Shown here piece by piece: positions 9,400 through 20,533 of a stretch of 64,000 nt of DNA. The translations under genes were made by a program, and so were the position numbers. Source of the stretch: Terriglobia bacterium (GTDB lineage Bacteria > Acidobacteriota > Terriglobia > 20CM-2-55-15); the NCBI GenBank assembly GCA_963664115.2, contig CAXWPJ010000002.1, positions 160,001 through 224,000 of the forward strand, written 5' to 3'. Below the pieces are notes generated by a model. It was not told the origin of the DNA. It saw nothing but the letters and a program-made list of their open reading frames with translations, and ran no database searches. How positions within the stretch are numbered: the first letter of the stretch is position 1; each line of letters starts with the position of its first letter.

Positions 9400-9510
9400 T
9401 CACCGGCGGCGAGCGCTATCCCAGGTGCGCTCATCGGCCACCGACGCGTTGAGACCAACGCGCTTTTTGCCCATCGCAATCATCGGCGCAAGCCGACGAC
9501 CCCGTTGTCC

Positions 9511-10833
9511 TCAACCGTCATATTGCAGCACGTTCAAGCCGGCATTCCAGTCACTGGCATAAATCACGCCATCCGGCCTGACGTGAACATCGGCAGTCTT
9601 GGGCGCCAGCGTGACGTTCGGACGGGGATCGATCATCCGCTGCGGCAGTGGTGGCACCCAGTAGGCGATTTCCCGGGGCGCGAACGCGTTGCCGATATCG
9701 AACACACGGACGCCCGCGTTGTTGTAGGTTGCGAAAAGGATCTCCTCGCTCTGAAAGCTGCCGGGCCTGTTCTCGTGCAGGTTGTGCGGCCCGAATGTTC
9801 CGAGTGAACAGAAATCACGCTCGTTCGGGGTCGGTAGCGTTGAGATCGGTACCGGATTCCCGGGGTCACGAACATCGACGACGAAGGTATAGAACGTCCC
9901 CTTGGCACACAGTTCAGCGTTTGCTTCGTCGGCCACAACGACGAGATCGCGACCGGGCAATGGCAATGCGGTGTGGGTGCCGCCGGGAAAGGGCGGAGAC
10001 CAGTTGATGTGTGAGAGAAGCTCCGGCTCGGAGGGATTGCTGATGTCGTGGATCGTGAGACCGCCATCGCGCCAGCAGGCATAGCCGCGCTCGCCGGCGG
10101 TGATCATGTGGTGCATGGCGACCCGGCGGCCCTCGACTTCGGCCGCCGGTTCGCCAGCCCCCCGATTCATGCCGGGTAGCCACCAACGCGAGATGATCTC
10201 CGGATTGGTGATGTCGTTCAGATCGACGATGGCGAGAATGTGGTCCGTAAAACCATCGAAATGCGCCGCAACATAGGCATAGCGTCCGCCCGCCCACCAC
10301 AGCCGGTTGATACCGAAGCCCGGCATCTCGAGAAAAGCGATCTCGCGCATCGCATCAGGCTGGGAGATGTCGTGAATGCTCAGGCCTGAGCGAAATTCCC
10401 TGCGGTCGGTGATAGTGTCGACAAGCGCGTTCTCGAAATAGCTGCGCATGTCGTCATACGACTGCATCGCAACGACGTTCGCACCATTGGCGAGCAGCAG
10501 CAGGTCTTCCCCTACCTGCAGATGATGCGTGCGTGTGTAACCGCCGGCCGTAAAGAAGCCGACGGGCCTCAATTGACGCGGATCTTCGGCATTGAGTATC
10601 GTCACGCCGTCACTGAACATATGGCCGACGTATAGGTGGTTGCGGTTGAACATCACCTGGACGCTGTCGGGACGACCGCCAATATCGCAATACGAGAGGT
10701 GGCGCATACCCTGGCCAATGCCTTCGGGCGGAATCACGCTCTGGGTAGGAGCCATAACGTCGTCTGAAACGCACGACGCCGCTCCGGCGCCGAGCAGACC
10801 CACCATCCATTCACGGCGATTCATTTTGCTCAT
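9511..10833 (-). CDS. LVIVD-repeat protein, probable Tat lipoprotein
   Basis: MNRREW leader with AAS-C, repeated LAIVDLNDITNP/LTIHDISNPSEP/FVVDVRDPGNP units, and GTHT and FGPHNLHEN motifs. Confidence 0.8.
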   Translation of the reverse strand: MSKMNRREWMVGLLGAGAASCVSDDVMAPTQSVIPPEGIGQGMRHLSYCDIGGRPDSVQVMFNRNHLYVGHMFSDGVTILNAEDPRQLRPVGFFTAGGYTRTHHLQVGEDLLLLANGANVVAMQSYDDMRSYFENALVDTITDRREFRSGLSIHDISQPDAMREIAFLEMPGFGINRLWWAGGRYAYVAAHFDGFTDHILAIVDLNDITNPEIISRWWLPGMNRGAGEPAAEVEGRRVAMHHMITAGERGYACWRDGGLTIHDISNPSEPELLSHINWSPPFPGGTHTALPLPGRDLVVVADEANAELCAKGTFYTFVVDVRDPGNPVPISTLPTPNERDFCSLGTFGPHNLHENRPGSFQSEEILFATYNNAGVRVFDIGNAFAPREIAYWVPPLPQRMIDPRPNVTLAPKTADVHVRPDGVIYASDWNAGLNVLQYDG

Positions 10834-11031
10834 AGTTGACTTATAACACCGGCTTCGAGCATTGCCTAGTCAAGACCTGGCGGGGGGGATGGCAAATTCG
10901 ACGGGGCCGGTTTCGTTTGCAAGGGGGGCCGGGTGTATGGGTCTTTTCGGCCTCCGGTTCCCGCGCCAATCAGTACGAAAAGGCCCACCATAGAGGCGCG
11001 TCGGCGTTCGTCCCGGAAACGCTTTTAATCT

Positions 11032-12588
11032 TTATTGACGCTTTAGAAAAATCTCGCGAAACTCTCCCAGTTCCCTACACCGGAGCAAATAGGACGCGAA
11101 AAAGTAAACAAGGCCTGCCGATCCAATCGTGATTGCCAGAGCGAAAATGCGCTGTCCCAGAGCTTCGCCGAAATAGAAACCGGGCCAATGGATCATCAGC
11201 ACAGCCACCATACCCATGGGAACGGAGGCCACGACGAATCGCGTCAGCGAATCCAAGATCGATGTGATATCGATCGAGCCTTCTCTCCGGTTGAAAATGA
11301 CCATCAGGGCCACGGCATTGAACACTCCCGCGAGTGTGGTTGCCAGTGCGGGTCCCCCGACTTGAAACGGTCGAAAGAATGCAATGTTGAACACGACATT
11401 CAAGAACATGGCTCCAAAGGCAATTTTCACAGGTGTCCGGGTGTCGTGTAGCGCATAGAACGCAGGCACGATCACTTTTACCATTGCAAACGCCGACAGA
11501 CCCAGCGCGAAGAACAGCAGTGGCAAGGTGGTCAACGCAGTGGAAGCTTGGTCGAACTCCCCGTGTTCGAAAAGGACCTGAATAATCGGCGTGCGCAGGA
11601 GAACCAGTCCAACAGTCGATGGCACGGTGACGAAAAGAATGATTCGGGAAGCAAAGTTCAGTGTGGACCGCATCTGGTCGATGTCTCCGGATGCGGCATT
11701 TCTCGACAGCATCGGCAGAACGACCGTTGCGATCGCAATGGCGTACCCTCCCAATACCAACTCCATGACCCGGTCTGAAAGGTACAGCGCCATCTGTGGG
11801 CCGTCGCCAAGAAACGAGGCGAACTGACCGCCGACAACGATATTGATTTGCACGACACCGACGCCTACAACGACCGGCCCCATGAGCTTTGCCGCGCGAC
11901 GGACACCCGGATTGGAAAAATTGAGACCGGGGCGGAATCGCCAGCCATTCCGAATGAGTTGAGGTACTTGAATAACAATCTGCGCGATGCCGCCGATGAC
12001 CACTCCGACCGCCAGAGCACGCTCGGGGCTCTCGAAAAATCCTGTGACAAACGAGCACCCGATGATGCTCATGTTCAGGAGGACGGGGGCAAAGGCGGGA
12101 GCGGCAAACTTGTGGAAGCTGTTGAGAACACCCATGGCCAGCGCGGACAGGCTGACCAGAAAAATGTAGGGGAACATGATCCGGGTCAGAAGCGCCGTGA
12201 GTTCGATTTTGCCGGGAGTATCGACAAACCCGTAGGCAATCGCCCGTACCAACAGCGGTGCGGCGACAATTCCGATGACAGTCACACCCGACATCACAAG
12301 CGTGACAATGGTCAGCATCGAATTCGCGAATTCCCAGGCGTCCTTGCGGTTCTCTCGACTGAGGTAGTTCGAGAAAATCGGGATGAAGGCTGCGCTTACG
12401 GCGCCCTCGCCGACAAGCCGTCGGAGAAGGTTGGGAATCCGGTAGGCAATCGTGTAGGCATCAGCTTCGATTCCTGCGCCCAGAAGGAATGCGACCCGCT
12501 GGTCTCGGAAATAGCCAAAAACACGGCTTACAAGCGTGATAGCGGTGATCAGTGAGGCGGAGCGCAGCAGCTTGCCTTGTTCACTCAT
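11032..12588 (-). CDS. murJ: Lipid II flippase MurJ
   Basis: TLVSRVFGYFRD, AYRIPNLLRRLVGEGAVSAAFIP and FYALHDTRTPV motifs; many TM segments. Confidence 0.95.
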   Translation of the reverse strand: MSEQGKLLRSASLITAITLVSRVFGYFRDQRVAFLLGAGIEADAYTIAYRIPNLLRRLVGEGAVSAAFIPIFSNYLSRENRKDAWEFANSMLTIVTLVMSGVTVIGIVAAPLLVRAIAYGFVDTPGKIELTALLTRIMFPYIFLVSLSALAMGVLNSFHKFAAPAFAPVLLNMSIIGCSFVTGFFESPERALAVGVVIGGIAQIVIQVPQLIRNGWRFRPGLNFSNPGVRRAAKLMGPVVVGVGVVQINIVVGGQFASFLGDGPQMALYLSDRVMELVLGGYAIAIATVVLPMLSRNAASGDIDQMRSTLNFASRIILFVTVPSTVGLVLLRTPIIQVLFEHGEFDQASTALTTLPLLFFALGLSAFAMVKVIVPAFYALHDTRTPVKIAFGAMFLNVVFNIAFFRPFQVGGPALATTLAGVFNAVALMVIFNRREGSIDITSILDSLTRFVVASVPMGMVAVLMIHWPGFYFGEALGQRIFALAITIGSAGLVYFFASYLLRCRELGEFREIFLKRQ

Positions 12589-12676
12589 CTAGGCTGCTAT
12601 ACTAGCAGTCTGTACATGTAAAAGGAACGGGCACAGTATCTTAGGGCGGTGACGAAATTGAGGAGACAGGGCGCAG

Positions 12677-13684
12677 GTGAAGCTCGATACAATCGCAGAG
12701 AAATTAGGATGCGCTCTTAAGGGCGATCCGAATACGGAAATCACAGGCGTGTCCGGGATTGAAGAAGCCGGGCCCAGCCAACTGACCTTCGTCTCGAACC
12801 GCAAGTACGCCGCCAGCGCCCGAACGGCCCGAGCCGGAGCTATTCTCGTTACGGAAGACTTCCCCGAGCTGTCGACCCCGACGCTCAGGACATCGAACCC
12901 ATATCTGGCGTTTGCGCGATCGATCGAGCTGTTCTACACGCCGCCACAAAGCTCAGCGCATATCGACGCGACTGCCCGGATCGCAGCATCGGCTCAAATT
13001 GGCCCCAACGCCTCGATCGGCCCCTATGTGGTCATCGAAGAAAACGTCACGATCGGGGACAACGCGATCATCGGGTCGTTCACCTTTATTGGCACAGGCA
13101 CACGCATCGGCACAGGTTTTCGGAGCCATACCCACGTCTCCGTTCGCGAGTACTGCGTGATCGGTAGCAACGTGATTCTTCACGATGGGGCCCGAATCGG
13201 ATCCGACGGGTACGGCTACGCGAAGCAGGATGACGGGAGTTACTACAAGATCGTCCAGTCCGGCATTGTCGTCATCGAAGACGATGTGGAAGTCGGAGCG
13301 AATGCCACGATCGATCGAGCCACAGTGGGTGAAACCCGCATCCGCCGCGGCGCCAAGATAGACAATCTTGTCCAGGTCGGCCACGCGTCCATCGTGGGAG
13401 AGAACACCTTGCTCTGCGCGCAGGTCGGACTGGGGGGCAGTTCCAAGATCGGCCGGGACGTCGTCTTGACGGGCCAGGTCGGTGTCGCGGGTCATCTGGA
13501 AGTCGGTGACGGCGTGATCGCCACAGCGCAAACCGGTATCCCCAACTCGGTTGAAGCGGGAACGATGATATCCGGATATCCGGGCATCGAAAACCGCCTC
13601 TGGCTGAAGTGCTCCGCAGTGTTCAAACGGCTCCCGGAACTCCTCAAGCGGATCGAAGCCCTCGAAAAATCCAAATCCCGCTAA
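12677..13684 (+). CDS. lpxD: UDP-3-O-(3-hydroxyacyl)glucosamine N-acyltransferase
   Basis: Hexapeptide repeats, IGSDGYGY, GANATIDRA and KIDNLVQVGH motifs. Confidence 0.95.
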   Translation: MKLDTIAEKLGCALKGDPNTEITGVSGIEEAGPSQLTFVSNRKYAASARTARAGAILVTEDFPELSTPTLRTSNPYLAFARSIELFYTPPQSSAHIDATARIAASAQIGPNASIGPYVVIEENVTIGDNAIIGSFTFIGTGTRIGTGFRSHTHVSVREYCVIGSNVILHDGARIGSDGYGYAKQDDGSYYKIVQSGIVVIEDDVEVGANATIDRATVGETRIRRGAKIDNLVQVGHASIVGENTLLCAQVGLGGSSKIGRDVVLTGQVGVAGHLEVGDGVIATAQTGIPNSVEAGTMISGYPGIENRLWLKCSAVFKRLPELLKRIEALEKSKSR

Positions 13685-13690
13685 CAGCAG

Positions 13691-13843
13691 ATTTTTCACC
13701 GCAAAGGCGCAAAGACGCAAAGGGTAAGACCTTGCAGTCTTTCTGTGTCAGGGAATGTACCGTTGTCAACTCTCGCCGAAAACGTTCGGTGAGCAGGAAT
13801 AAATTGTCTTTCTTTGCGCCTTCGCGCCTTTGCGGTGAAATCT
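13691..13843. repeat. Intergenic inverted-repeat (REP/MITE-like) element with periodic CGCAAAG(A/G) arms
   Basis: TTCACCGCAAAGGCGCAAAGACGCAAAG ... CTTTGCGCCTTCGCGCCTTTGCGGTGAA between convergent lpxD and glyS; a relative lies at 53584-53796. Confidence 0.8.
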
Positions 13844-13865
13844 TTTCTTAGTCACTGATGCCCGG

Positions 13866-15929
13866 TTAATTGGAGACGACGACTTCGGAGATGTCGGCGA
13901 TTTGAAGAAAGGTATCGAAGAGGCGTTTCAGGAGGCTGATCCGGCGTTCCCGGATTGCGGCGTCGTCGTGCATGACCAGGATTTTTTCGAAGAAGTCGTC
14001 CACTGTCGATCGGAGCTCTGCCAGTGCCTCAAGCGCCTGGGAGTATTCGCCTGCCTGGGCCCAAAGCTCTACCTGGGGCTCGATCGCGGCTATCCGTTCG
14101 GCCAGAACCGACTCTTCCGGCTCCATCGCGGCGGTATCGGCCGCAGCTTCGGAAGATGCGCCCGAATCGTCCGACTGTTTCAATATGTTTTTGATCCGTT
14201 TGAATGCCGCGGCGATGAGAAGAAAATCAGGGCTCTCCCGAATTGCATGCAAGGCCTCGACGCGATCCAGAACGTTCGCTGGATTGTCGGAGTCCGTCGC
14301 CATTACGGCGTTGATTTCGTCATAAGCAAATCCCATGCGGCCCAGGACGTGCCGCATTCTATCCCCGTAGAACGTCTCTAGGGAATCCGCTACATCTCCG
14401 GCCATTCGGCCATCGGCTTCTATTGCTGCCCGGAGTGAAAATCCCAGGCGATGGTCCAGCAGTATCTTGATGACGCCCTGCGTGTGGCGTCGCAAGCCAA
14501 GAGGATCCTCCGAGCCGGTCGGAATCAGCCCGACTGAAAAACAGCCGAACACGGTATCCAATCTGTCGGTCAATGCCAGGACGATTCCGGAACCCGATGC
14601 GGGAGAGCTATCGTCGAGTCCTTGAGGACGATATTGATCGTAGATCGCGCTCGAAATTTCTTCTGAGGCGCCTTCCCGGCGCGCGTAGAGTCCACCCACA
14701 ACGCCCTGAAGACCCGGAAATTCTCCAACAAGATCTGTCGTCAGGTCGGTTTTGGCCCACCGGACGATGCGCTCGAGCACTTCGGCGTCCACACCTGCCC
14801 CAGTGAGTTCATTCACGGATGCAGCGAGAGACACCATCCGATCGACCTTGTCTTTGTATGTTCCCAGTGCCTTGTGAAAGACGATGGCTTCAAGCATCCC
14901 GACTCGCTCTTCCAGGGTCTGCTTGCCATCCACGTCCCAGAAAAACAGAGCATCGCTGAGCCGGGCGCGTAGCACTCGTTCGTGTCCCTTACGGATCAAT
15001 CCCTTCTGATCACCGCGCGTATTTATGACAGCCAGGAAATTGGCGAGGAGAACGCCCTCTGAACTCTCTAGAGCGAAATACTTCTGGTGTTCCCGCATCA
15101 CCGTAATCAGAACTTCCCGGGGCAGAAGGAGAAAACGCTCTTCGAATGTTCCGGCGATTACGGTTGGATATTCATTGATGTACAAAACCTCTTGCAGCAT
15201 TGCATCGTCCGCGATGATCTGTCCGTTCAAGTTCTTCGCAGCGGCCTCAAGTTCGGCCTCCACCTTCTCCTGTCGTTTCGTTTGTGAAACGAGGACGCCG
15301 TTTGCCTCGAGCTTTTCCAGATAGTCCTCGAAACCGGTCACAGGGACGGACTGGCCGCCGATCACGCGATGTCCTGCGGTTTCCGAACCGGATCGGATAC
15401 CGTACAACTCCAGCTCTACGATGGTGGACCCGTGGAGAGCGACCACCCAGCGAATGGGACGCGCGAATCTTTGGTTGGATTGGGCCCAAAACATTGTCTT
15501 GTGAAATGTCAGGGACCGCACAAGATCAGGAATCGCGCCCGCTAAGACCTCTGCTGCCGGCTTGCCTTCGACTTCAGACCGAAAGCCCATGTACTTTCCA
15601 CGTTCGGTCTCGAACACCTCCAAGGCATCTAAGACGACACGGGATTTTTTTGCGAATCCTTTCAGGGCAGGTGAGGGATCGCCGTCCTTAAAAGCGATTT
15701 TCTCAGGCGGCCCAAGCGTCGTCACGGTCTCGGTCGTCTGCATATCGGCCAGGTCGTCCACGTGCACAACCAGCCGACGGGCCGATCCGAGTGTCTCTAC
15801 GTTTCCGAAGTCCAGCTTGGAAGCGTCCAGCAACTCTTCGAATTTCCGTTTCAGTTCCTCGAGCACGGGACCCATCGATCGCGCAGGAATTTCTTCGCAT
15901 CCGACTTCGAGGAGGAATTCCTTACTCAT
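13866..15929 (-). CDS. glyS: Glycine-tRNA ligase beta subunit
   Basis: Start [16 protein letters not shown]; [25 protein letters not shown] and [11 protein letters not shown] motifs. Confidence 0.95.
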   Translation of the reverse strand: MSKEFLLEVGCEEIPARSMGPVLEELKRKFEELLDASKLDFGNVETLGSARRLVVHVDDLADMQTTETVTTLGPPEKIAFKDGDPSPALKGFAKKSRVVLDALEVFETERGKYMGFRSEVEGKPAAEVLAGAIPDLVRSLTFHKTMFWAQSNQRFARPIRWVVALHGSTIVELELYGIRSGSETAGHRVIGGQSVPVTGFEDYLEKLEANGVLVSQTKRQEKVEAELEAAAKNLNGQIIADDAMLQEVLYINEYPTVIAGTFEERFLLLPREVLITVMREHQKYFALESSEGVLLANFLAVINTRGDQKGLIRKGHERVLRARLSDALFFWDVDGKQTLEERVGMLEAIVFHKALGTYKDKVDRMVSLAASVNELTGAGVDAEVLERIVRWAKTDLTTDLVGEFPGLQGVVGGLYARREGASEEISSAIYDQYRPQGLDDSSPASGSGIVLALTDRLDTVFGCFSVGLIPTGSEDPLGLRRHTQGVIKILLDHRLGFSLRAAIEADGRMAGDVADSLETFYGDRMRHVLGRMGFAYDEINAVMATDSDNPANVLDRVEALHAIRESPDFLLIAAAFKRIKNILKQSDDSGASSEAAADTAAMEPEESVLAERIAAIEPQVELWAQAGEYSQALEALAELRSTVDDFFEKILVMHDDAAIRERRISLLKRLFDTFLQIADISEVVVSN

Positions 15930-16818
15930 CGGAAATCTCCGCCTCACGATTCCCATCCAGCAACGGGAACCCTGCCTTTTCGCGGCTTTCCAGGTAGGAT
16001 AGCGCCACTCGACTGAGCAACTTCCGGACACGCGCGATGATGTGGACGCGTTCGGTTGCACTGACGGCACCCCGCGCATCGAGAATGTTGAATATGTGCG
16101 AGCACTTCAGACAGTTTTCATAAGCCGGAAGAACGAGGTCCGCGGCCATCAATCGCTGTACCTCAGCTTCAAACTCATCGAACAGTCGAAAGTAACGTTC
16201 GATATCGGCTATTTCGAAGTAGTACTTCGAAAACTCAAACTCGTCACGATGCCGCACTTCCCCGTAACTGATGTGGTCGTTCCATGGAACGTCAAAAACG
16301 TTTTCGACATCGTTCAGATACATCGCAATACGTTCGAGGCCGTAGGTAATTTCCCCGGAAATGGGCATTAATTCCAGGCCTCCAATCTGTTGGAAGTACG
16401 TAAACTGCGTGATCTCCTGACCGTCGAGCATGACCTGCCAACCAACGCCGGTAGCGCCCCCCATGGGCCACTCCCAGTTGTCCTCTTCGAACTTTATGTC
16501 GTGTTCGTCCAGGCGAATGCCCATCGCCGTCAACGATTCGAGGTAGACCATCTGAATGTCGGCCGGCGGCGGTTTAAGGATGACCTGGAGCTGATGATGT
16601 TTTTCGAGGCGGTTGGGATTTTCTCCGTAGCGTCCATCGACAGGGCGTCTGGAAGGCTGGATATATGCCACGCGATACGGTTCCGGCCCCAAAGCCCTGA
16701 GAAAAGTCTCCGGGTGCATCGTTCCAGCACCCACCTCCACATCGTAGGGCTGTTGCAAGATGCATCCCTGGCGTCCCCAGAAATCCATCAACGATTGAAT
16801 GAGCTCTTGAAAATTCAT
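15922..16818 (-). CDS. glyQ: Glycine-tRNA ligase alpha subunit
   Basis: [32 protein letters not shown] and [12 protein letters not shown] motifs. Confidence 0.97.
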   Translation of the reverse strand: MNFQELIQSLMDFWGRQGCILQQPYDVEVGAGTMHPETFLRALGPEPYRVAYIQPSRRPVDGRYGENPNRLEKHHQLQVILKPPPADIQMVYLESLTAMGIRLDEHDIKFEEDNWEWPMGGATGVGWQVMLDGQEITQFTYFQQIGGLELMPISGEITYGLERIAMYLNDVENVFDVPWNDHISYGEVRHRDEFEFSKYYFEIADIERYFRLFDEFEAEVQRLMAADLVLPAYENCLKCSHIFNILDARGAVSATERVHIIARVRKLLSRVALSYLESREKAGFPLLDGNREAEISDE

Positions 16819-17522
16819 CTCTCGAAATATTGCTCGATCCAGATCTTATTGAGTTGCCCGAGGTGTTGGAGGCCCGCTCCCCGGGGACGCTGGTCTTCAG
16901 CATTCAATGGCCGTGTCATGATCCAGTTCAGCGCATCGATCGTATCGGGCGGTACCTCGGTGCCCCGACCATGCCCGCAACTGTGACAGGCCATGCGGGT
17001 CAGGCCCGGGAGAAACACTCTCGATTCCTCAGTTCCCAATCGTTTCCCGCACACCGAACATCTAAAGAATTCGGGAAAGACACCTGCCAGCCGTAACATC
17101 CAGACCTCGAAGTAGCACCGCGTCAGCTCCAGGGGGCAATCGGTCACAAGGCTCTGGCGCGCCAGACCAAAGAGGCGAAAGACCGCATCCTGAACTTCAT
17201 GGTCCGGAAGAAAGCGGTCTACGAGGTCCGCCACATGCGACGCCAGTATGGCCCGGTCGTAGTCCTCAAAAAGTTTCATCGGAGAGTCGATCAGCTCACA
17301 CGAACGTATCCGGACCAACTCGACGGTTTCTTTTTGAAAGAACGTCACCTTGGAAAGGGCCAGCGGTTCCAGGGACGCGCCGAAGCGGCTCTTCAGCCGT
17401 CGCACACCGTTGGCCACGCCACGAATCTTTCCGTAGTCGCGACTGAAGAAAACGACGATGCGGTCGGCCTCTGCGAGGGGATACGTCTTTAGTATGATGG
17501 AATCGCTCTCGTGCAAAGGCAT
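16815..17522 (-). CDS. recO: DNA repair protein RecO
   Basis: [16 protein letters not shown]...[18 protein letters not shown] zinc finger, and position upstream of glyQS. Confidence 0.92.
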   Translation of the reverse strand: MPLHESDSIILKTYPLAEADRIVVFFSRDYGKIRGVANGVRRLKSRFGASLEPLALSKVTFFQKETVELVRIRSCELIDSPMKLFEDYDRAILASHVADLVDRFLPDHEVQDAVFRLFGLARQSLVTDCPLELTRCYFEVWMLRLAGVFPEFFRCSVCGKRLGTEESRVFLPGLTRMACHSCGHGRGTEVPPDTIDALNWIMTRPLNAEDQRPRGAGLQHLGQLNKIWIEQYFER

Positions 17523-17566
17523 AGCCGTCCAAAGCCCTCGGCTACCGATGAACATTTGATTTAAAC

Positions 17567-18532
17567 ATGTCCAACCAATCCAGCGCTACCACGATTCCCC
17601 GTTTCGATGTCGTTGGGCTCGGATTGAATGCGATGGACTACATCACGGTCCTACCGCGGTTCCCCGAACCCCGGAGCAAGGTTCCGATCCAAGAAGTCCG
17701 TCTCGAGCCTGGGGGGCAGGTGGCCACTGCCCTAGCAACGTGCTGCCGGCTGGGTTTGACCGGAAGCTACATCGGATCTGTGGGTTCGGACCACCTGGGG
17801 ACGATACAGATGGAAAGTCTCCGTCAGGAAGGCATCGATACATCCCTCGTTCGGTCTGTCGCCGGCGCCACGAGCCAGCTGGCTTTCGCTCTCGTCGAAG
17901 CAGGTGTCGGCGAACGAACAATCCTATGGCACCGTGATGCAAAGCTGATTTTCCCACCCTCGGCCCTCACCAGGAACATGGTCACGGCCGGCCGTATCCT
18001 GCATCTGGACGGGCGCGACAGTGGGGCCGCGCTCCAGGCAGCCCGGTGGGCGCGGGAGGCCGGCATTCCGATCGTGATCGATATCGACCAGATATACGAC
18101 CCGACGACGCACGAACTCCTGGCCCGGGTGGATTACCTGATCGCGGCGGAGGATTTTGCCGCGGATCTCACCGGATACGATGACGAAGAACTCGCAGTCA
18201 AAGAACTGGCAGCGCGCTTTCCACAGGCCATGACGGGAATCACACTTGGCATGCGTGGAGCGATATTCCTGGACGGAGACCGCATCCTGCGTTCCCCGGC
18301 CTTCGACGTTACAGTTCGGGACACGACCGGCGCTGGCGACGTTTTCCACGGCGCCTTCATTTACGGAGTGCTCCAAGGCTGGCAGCTCCCCGAGACCATT
18401 CGTTTTGCCAACGCAACGGCCGCAATGAAATGCAGGGAACTCGGTGCCCGAACCGGAATACCACGATTCGGTGAAGTCGAGGAATTTTTGAAAACGGCTC
18501 GGGAAAGAATAGACAGCCAAGCCACGAAGTGA
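17567..18532 (+). CDS. PfkB family carbohydrate kinase
   Basis: GGQVATA and DTTGAGDVFHGAF signatures. Confidence 0.9.
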   Translation: MSNQSSATTIPRFDVVGLGLNAMDYITVLPRFPEPRSKVPIQEVRLEPGGQVATALATCCRLGLTGSYIGSVGSDHLGTIQMESLRQEGIDTSLVRSVAGATSQLAFALVEAGVGERTILWHRDAKLIFPPSALTRNMVTAGRILHLDGRDSGAALQAARWAREAGIPIVIDIDQIYDPTTHELLARVDYLIAAEDFAADLTGYDDEELAVKELAARFPQAMTGITLGMRGAIFLDGDRILRSPAFDVTVRDTTGAGDVFHGAFIYGVLQGWQLPETIRFANATAAMKCRELGARTGIPRFGEVEEFLKTARERIDSQATK

Positions 18533-18588
18533 GGGGCTGGCAGTAACACCTTCGTTGAACCGGGCGGGTCACGCGTCACTGAATTGAG

Positions 18589-19812
18589 CTATTCACTGCG
18601 ATAGGGTTGCCGCTTGAAGTCCCGCGCCTCGTCTCTCAGGTTTTCGGCACAATCGAGCGAGAGGACGATATCGTATTCTTCGATGGCACGGTCGCGCTCG
18701 CCCATCGCATCGTAAACCTTGCCGATCCAGAGATGGGCACGGCCCTGCACGTCCAGGATTTCGCTGTCGGTGAGGGTCGCGAAGGTATCCAGCGCAAGAA
18801 CTAACTCGGATCGACGGAGGTTTGCCTCGCCGATCTTGAACACGATCGGCTCGAAATCCATACGGTCATAGCCATCTTCACCGGTCACGACCTTGGCCAG
18901 AACCGTTTCATAGGTCCGGACAGCATCTTCCCATGACCGGAGCCGCTGGTAGACCGAAGCCTTAGCCGTTTCCAGCAGGAAGTTTCGCGGATACTGGGAG
19001 TGGAGATCCTCCAGTACCGCAAGGGATTTTTCGAACTCTCTTTCGCGGTTGTAGACGACGACCAGAACCATCTTCGCATTGGTCCGGCCACGTTCGCCCA
19101 GTTCCGCCGCGTACTCCAGTTCCCGGATCCCCGCCTCCTTGTCGCCGCGGATGCCGAATACGCCCAGCACGAAGCGAACAATTCCCGGGAGGACGCTGAG
19201 CGCATAGTCGTAGGTTCCTATTGTCAAGCGCGCGTCATTATAAGAAGGATCTAGATCGAGAACGTGCAGGTGGTCTTCACGGGCCTTCTTTGCAGCACTG
19301 TTCGCTGCCAGATAGGCGCGCTTCACCGTCGCTTCAAAGCTAGCCAGCATTCCGTAGGCCACACCCCGATTGTAGAGTGCTTCGATGTTGTCCGGGTCTT
19401 CTTCGAGCGTCGTGTCGGAGATTTGGATTGCCTGGTCGAGAACGTCCCGGAGGCGGGTTTCCCTCTCTCGGTTCACCCTGTCGTTGGAACTGTCGCCGCC
19501 AAGACGGTTTCCCATATAACTGTCCAGACCGAGCTTTTCCTGTTCGAAGACGATCTTCAGCCAGATCGAGGAGGCCAGAAGATTCCACATCCGGGCGCTT
19601 TCCGGGGCGCCATCGACCAGGGCTTCTAACTTTTGCTCGGCCACGTCAAAATCGAGGCTGTACAATGCATCAAGAACCTGCGGATCGACCTGATCCAATT
19701 CAGTCCGGGCAACCTGAGCTCTGAGGGGACCCGCATGAACCAGAACGAATGACACAACGAGAACACTCGCCAGGGCCCAACGCGTTGCAATGATCCCTTT
19801 TCGAGACAACAT
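18589..19812 (-). CDS. Secreted tetratricopeptide-repeat protein (start uncertain)
   Basis: Hydrophobic leader and TPR-like repeats (DPDNIEALYNRG, LDLDPSYNDA, AHLWIGKVYDAMGERDRAIEEY). Confidence 0.75.
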   Translation of the reverse strand: MLSRKGIIATRWALASVLVVSFVLVHAGPLRAQVARTELDQVDPQVLDALYSLDFDVAEQKLEALVDGAPESARMWNLLASSIWLKIVFEQEKLGLDSYMGNRLGGDSSNDRVNRERETRLRDVLDQAIQISDTTLEEDPDNIEALYNRGVAYGMLASFEATVKRAYLAANSAAKKAREDHLHVLDLDPSYNDARLTIGTYDYALSVLPGIVRFVLGVFGIRGDKEAGIRELEYAAELGERGRTNAKMVLVVVYNREREFEKSLAVLEDLHSQYPRNFLLETAKASVYQRLRSWEDAVRTYETVLAKVVTGEDGYDRMDFEPIVFKIGEANLRRSELVLALDTFATLTDSEILDVQGRAHLWIGKVYDAMGERDRAIEEYDIVLSLDCAENLRDEARDFKRQPYRSE

Positions 19813-20473
19813 TCGCTCTGAAACCGTGCCGTTCGTTACGCTGTCTCTCATTGTCGTCAATTCAATCATCTTCCTTTACGAACTCTCCCTCGGATCGGAT
19901 CTCCAAGCCTTTATTTTCAGCTACGGCCTTATTCCAAACAATGTATTCCAATGGCCCACCTCAGGGCAATCTTTTGCGTCAATCACTGCTCCCTACCTCA
20001 CGTCCATGTTCCTGCACGGCGGCTGGCTGCATCTGATCGGTAACATGTGGTACCTCTGGATCTTCGGTGATAATGTGGAAGACCGCCTGGGACACGGCCG
20101 GTTCCTGGTGTTCTACCTGCTGGCCGGCCTCGGAGCCGGGTTCATCCACACCGGTGTCAATTACTACGTCGTAATCCCCAGCGTCGGCGCGAGTGGAGCC
20201 ATCGCCGGTGTCCTGGGAGCCTACCTTCTGCTCTACCCCTTTGCCCGTGTCACGACACTCATTCCCATATTCTTTTTCTGGCCAATCGTCGAAATTCCGG
20301 CTGTGATCGTCCTCGGCCTCTGGTTCCTCATGCAGTTTCTCTCCGGAACGAGTGCCCTCTCCGTTGCCGATGCCACAGCTGGAGGTGTCGCCTGGTGGGC
20401 CCACATTGGTGGTTTCCTCGTGGGCATGGTCCTGCTCGTCGTGTTCCGGGGCCCGAAGCGGGGCCGCGCTTAA
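19790..20473 (+). CDS. Rhomboid family intramembrane serine protease
   Basis: SMFLHGGWLHLIGNMWYLWIFGDNVED, GASGAIAG and AWWAHIGG motifs. Confidence 0.95.
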   Translation: MIPFRDNIRSETVPFVTLSLIVVNSIIFLYELSLGSDLQAFIFSYGLIPNNVFQWPTSGQSFASITAPYLTSMFLHGGWLHLIGNMWYLWIFGDNVEDRLGHGRFLVFYLLAGLGAGFIHTGVNYYVVIPSVGASGAIAGVLGAYLLLYPFARVTTLIPIFFFWPIVEIPAVIVLGLWFLMQFLSGTSALSVADATAGGVAWWAHIGGFLVGMVLLVVFRGPKRGRA

Positions 20474-20533
20474 GGATTTAGACGCCGGTCGGCCTTTTTG
20501 GACACCAAGCCATGGAGAAGGACTGGGGTTGCA

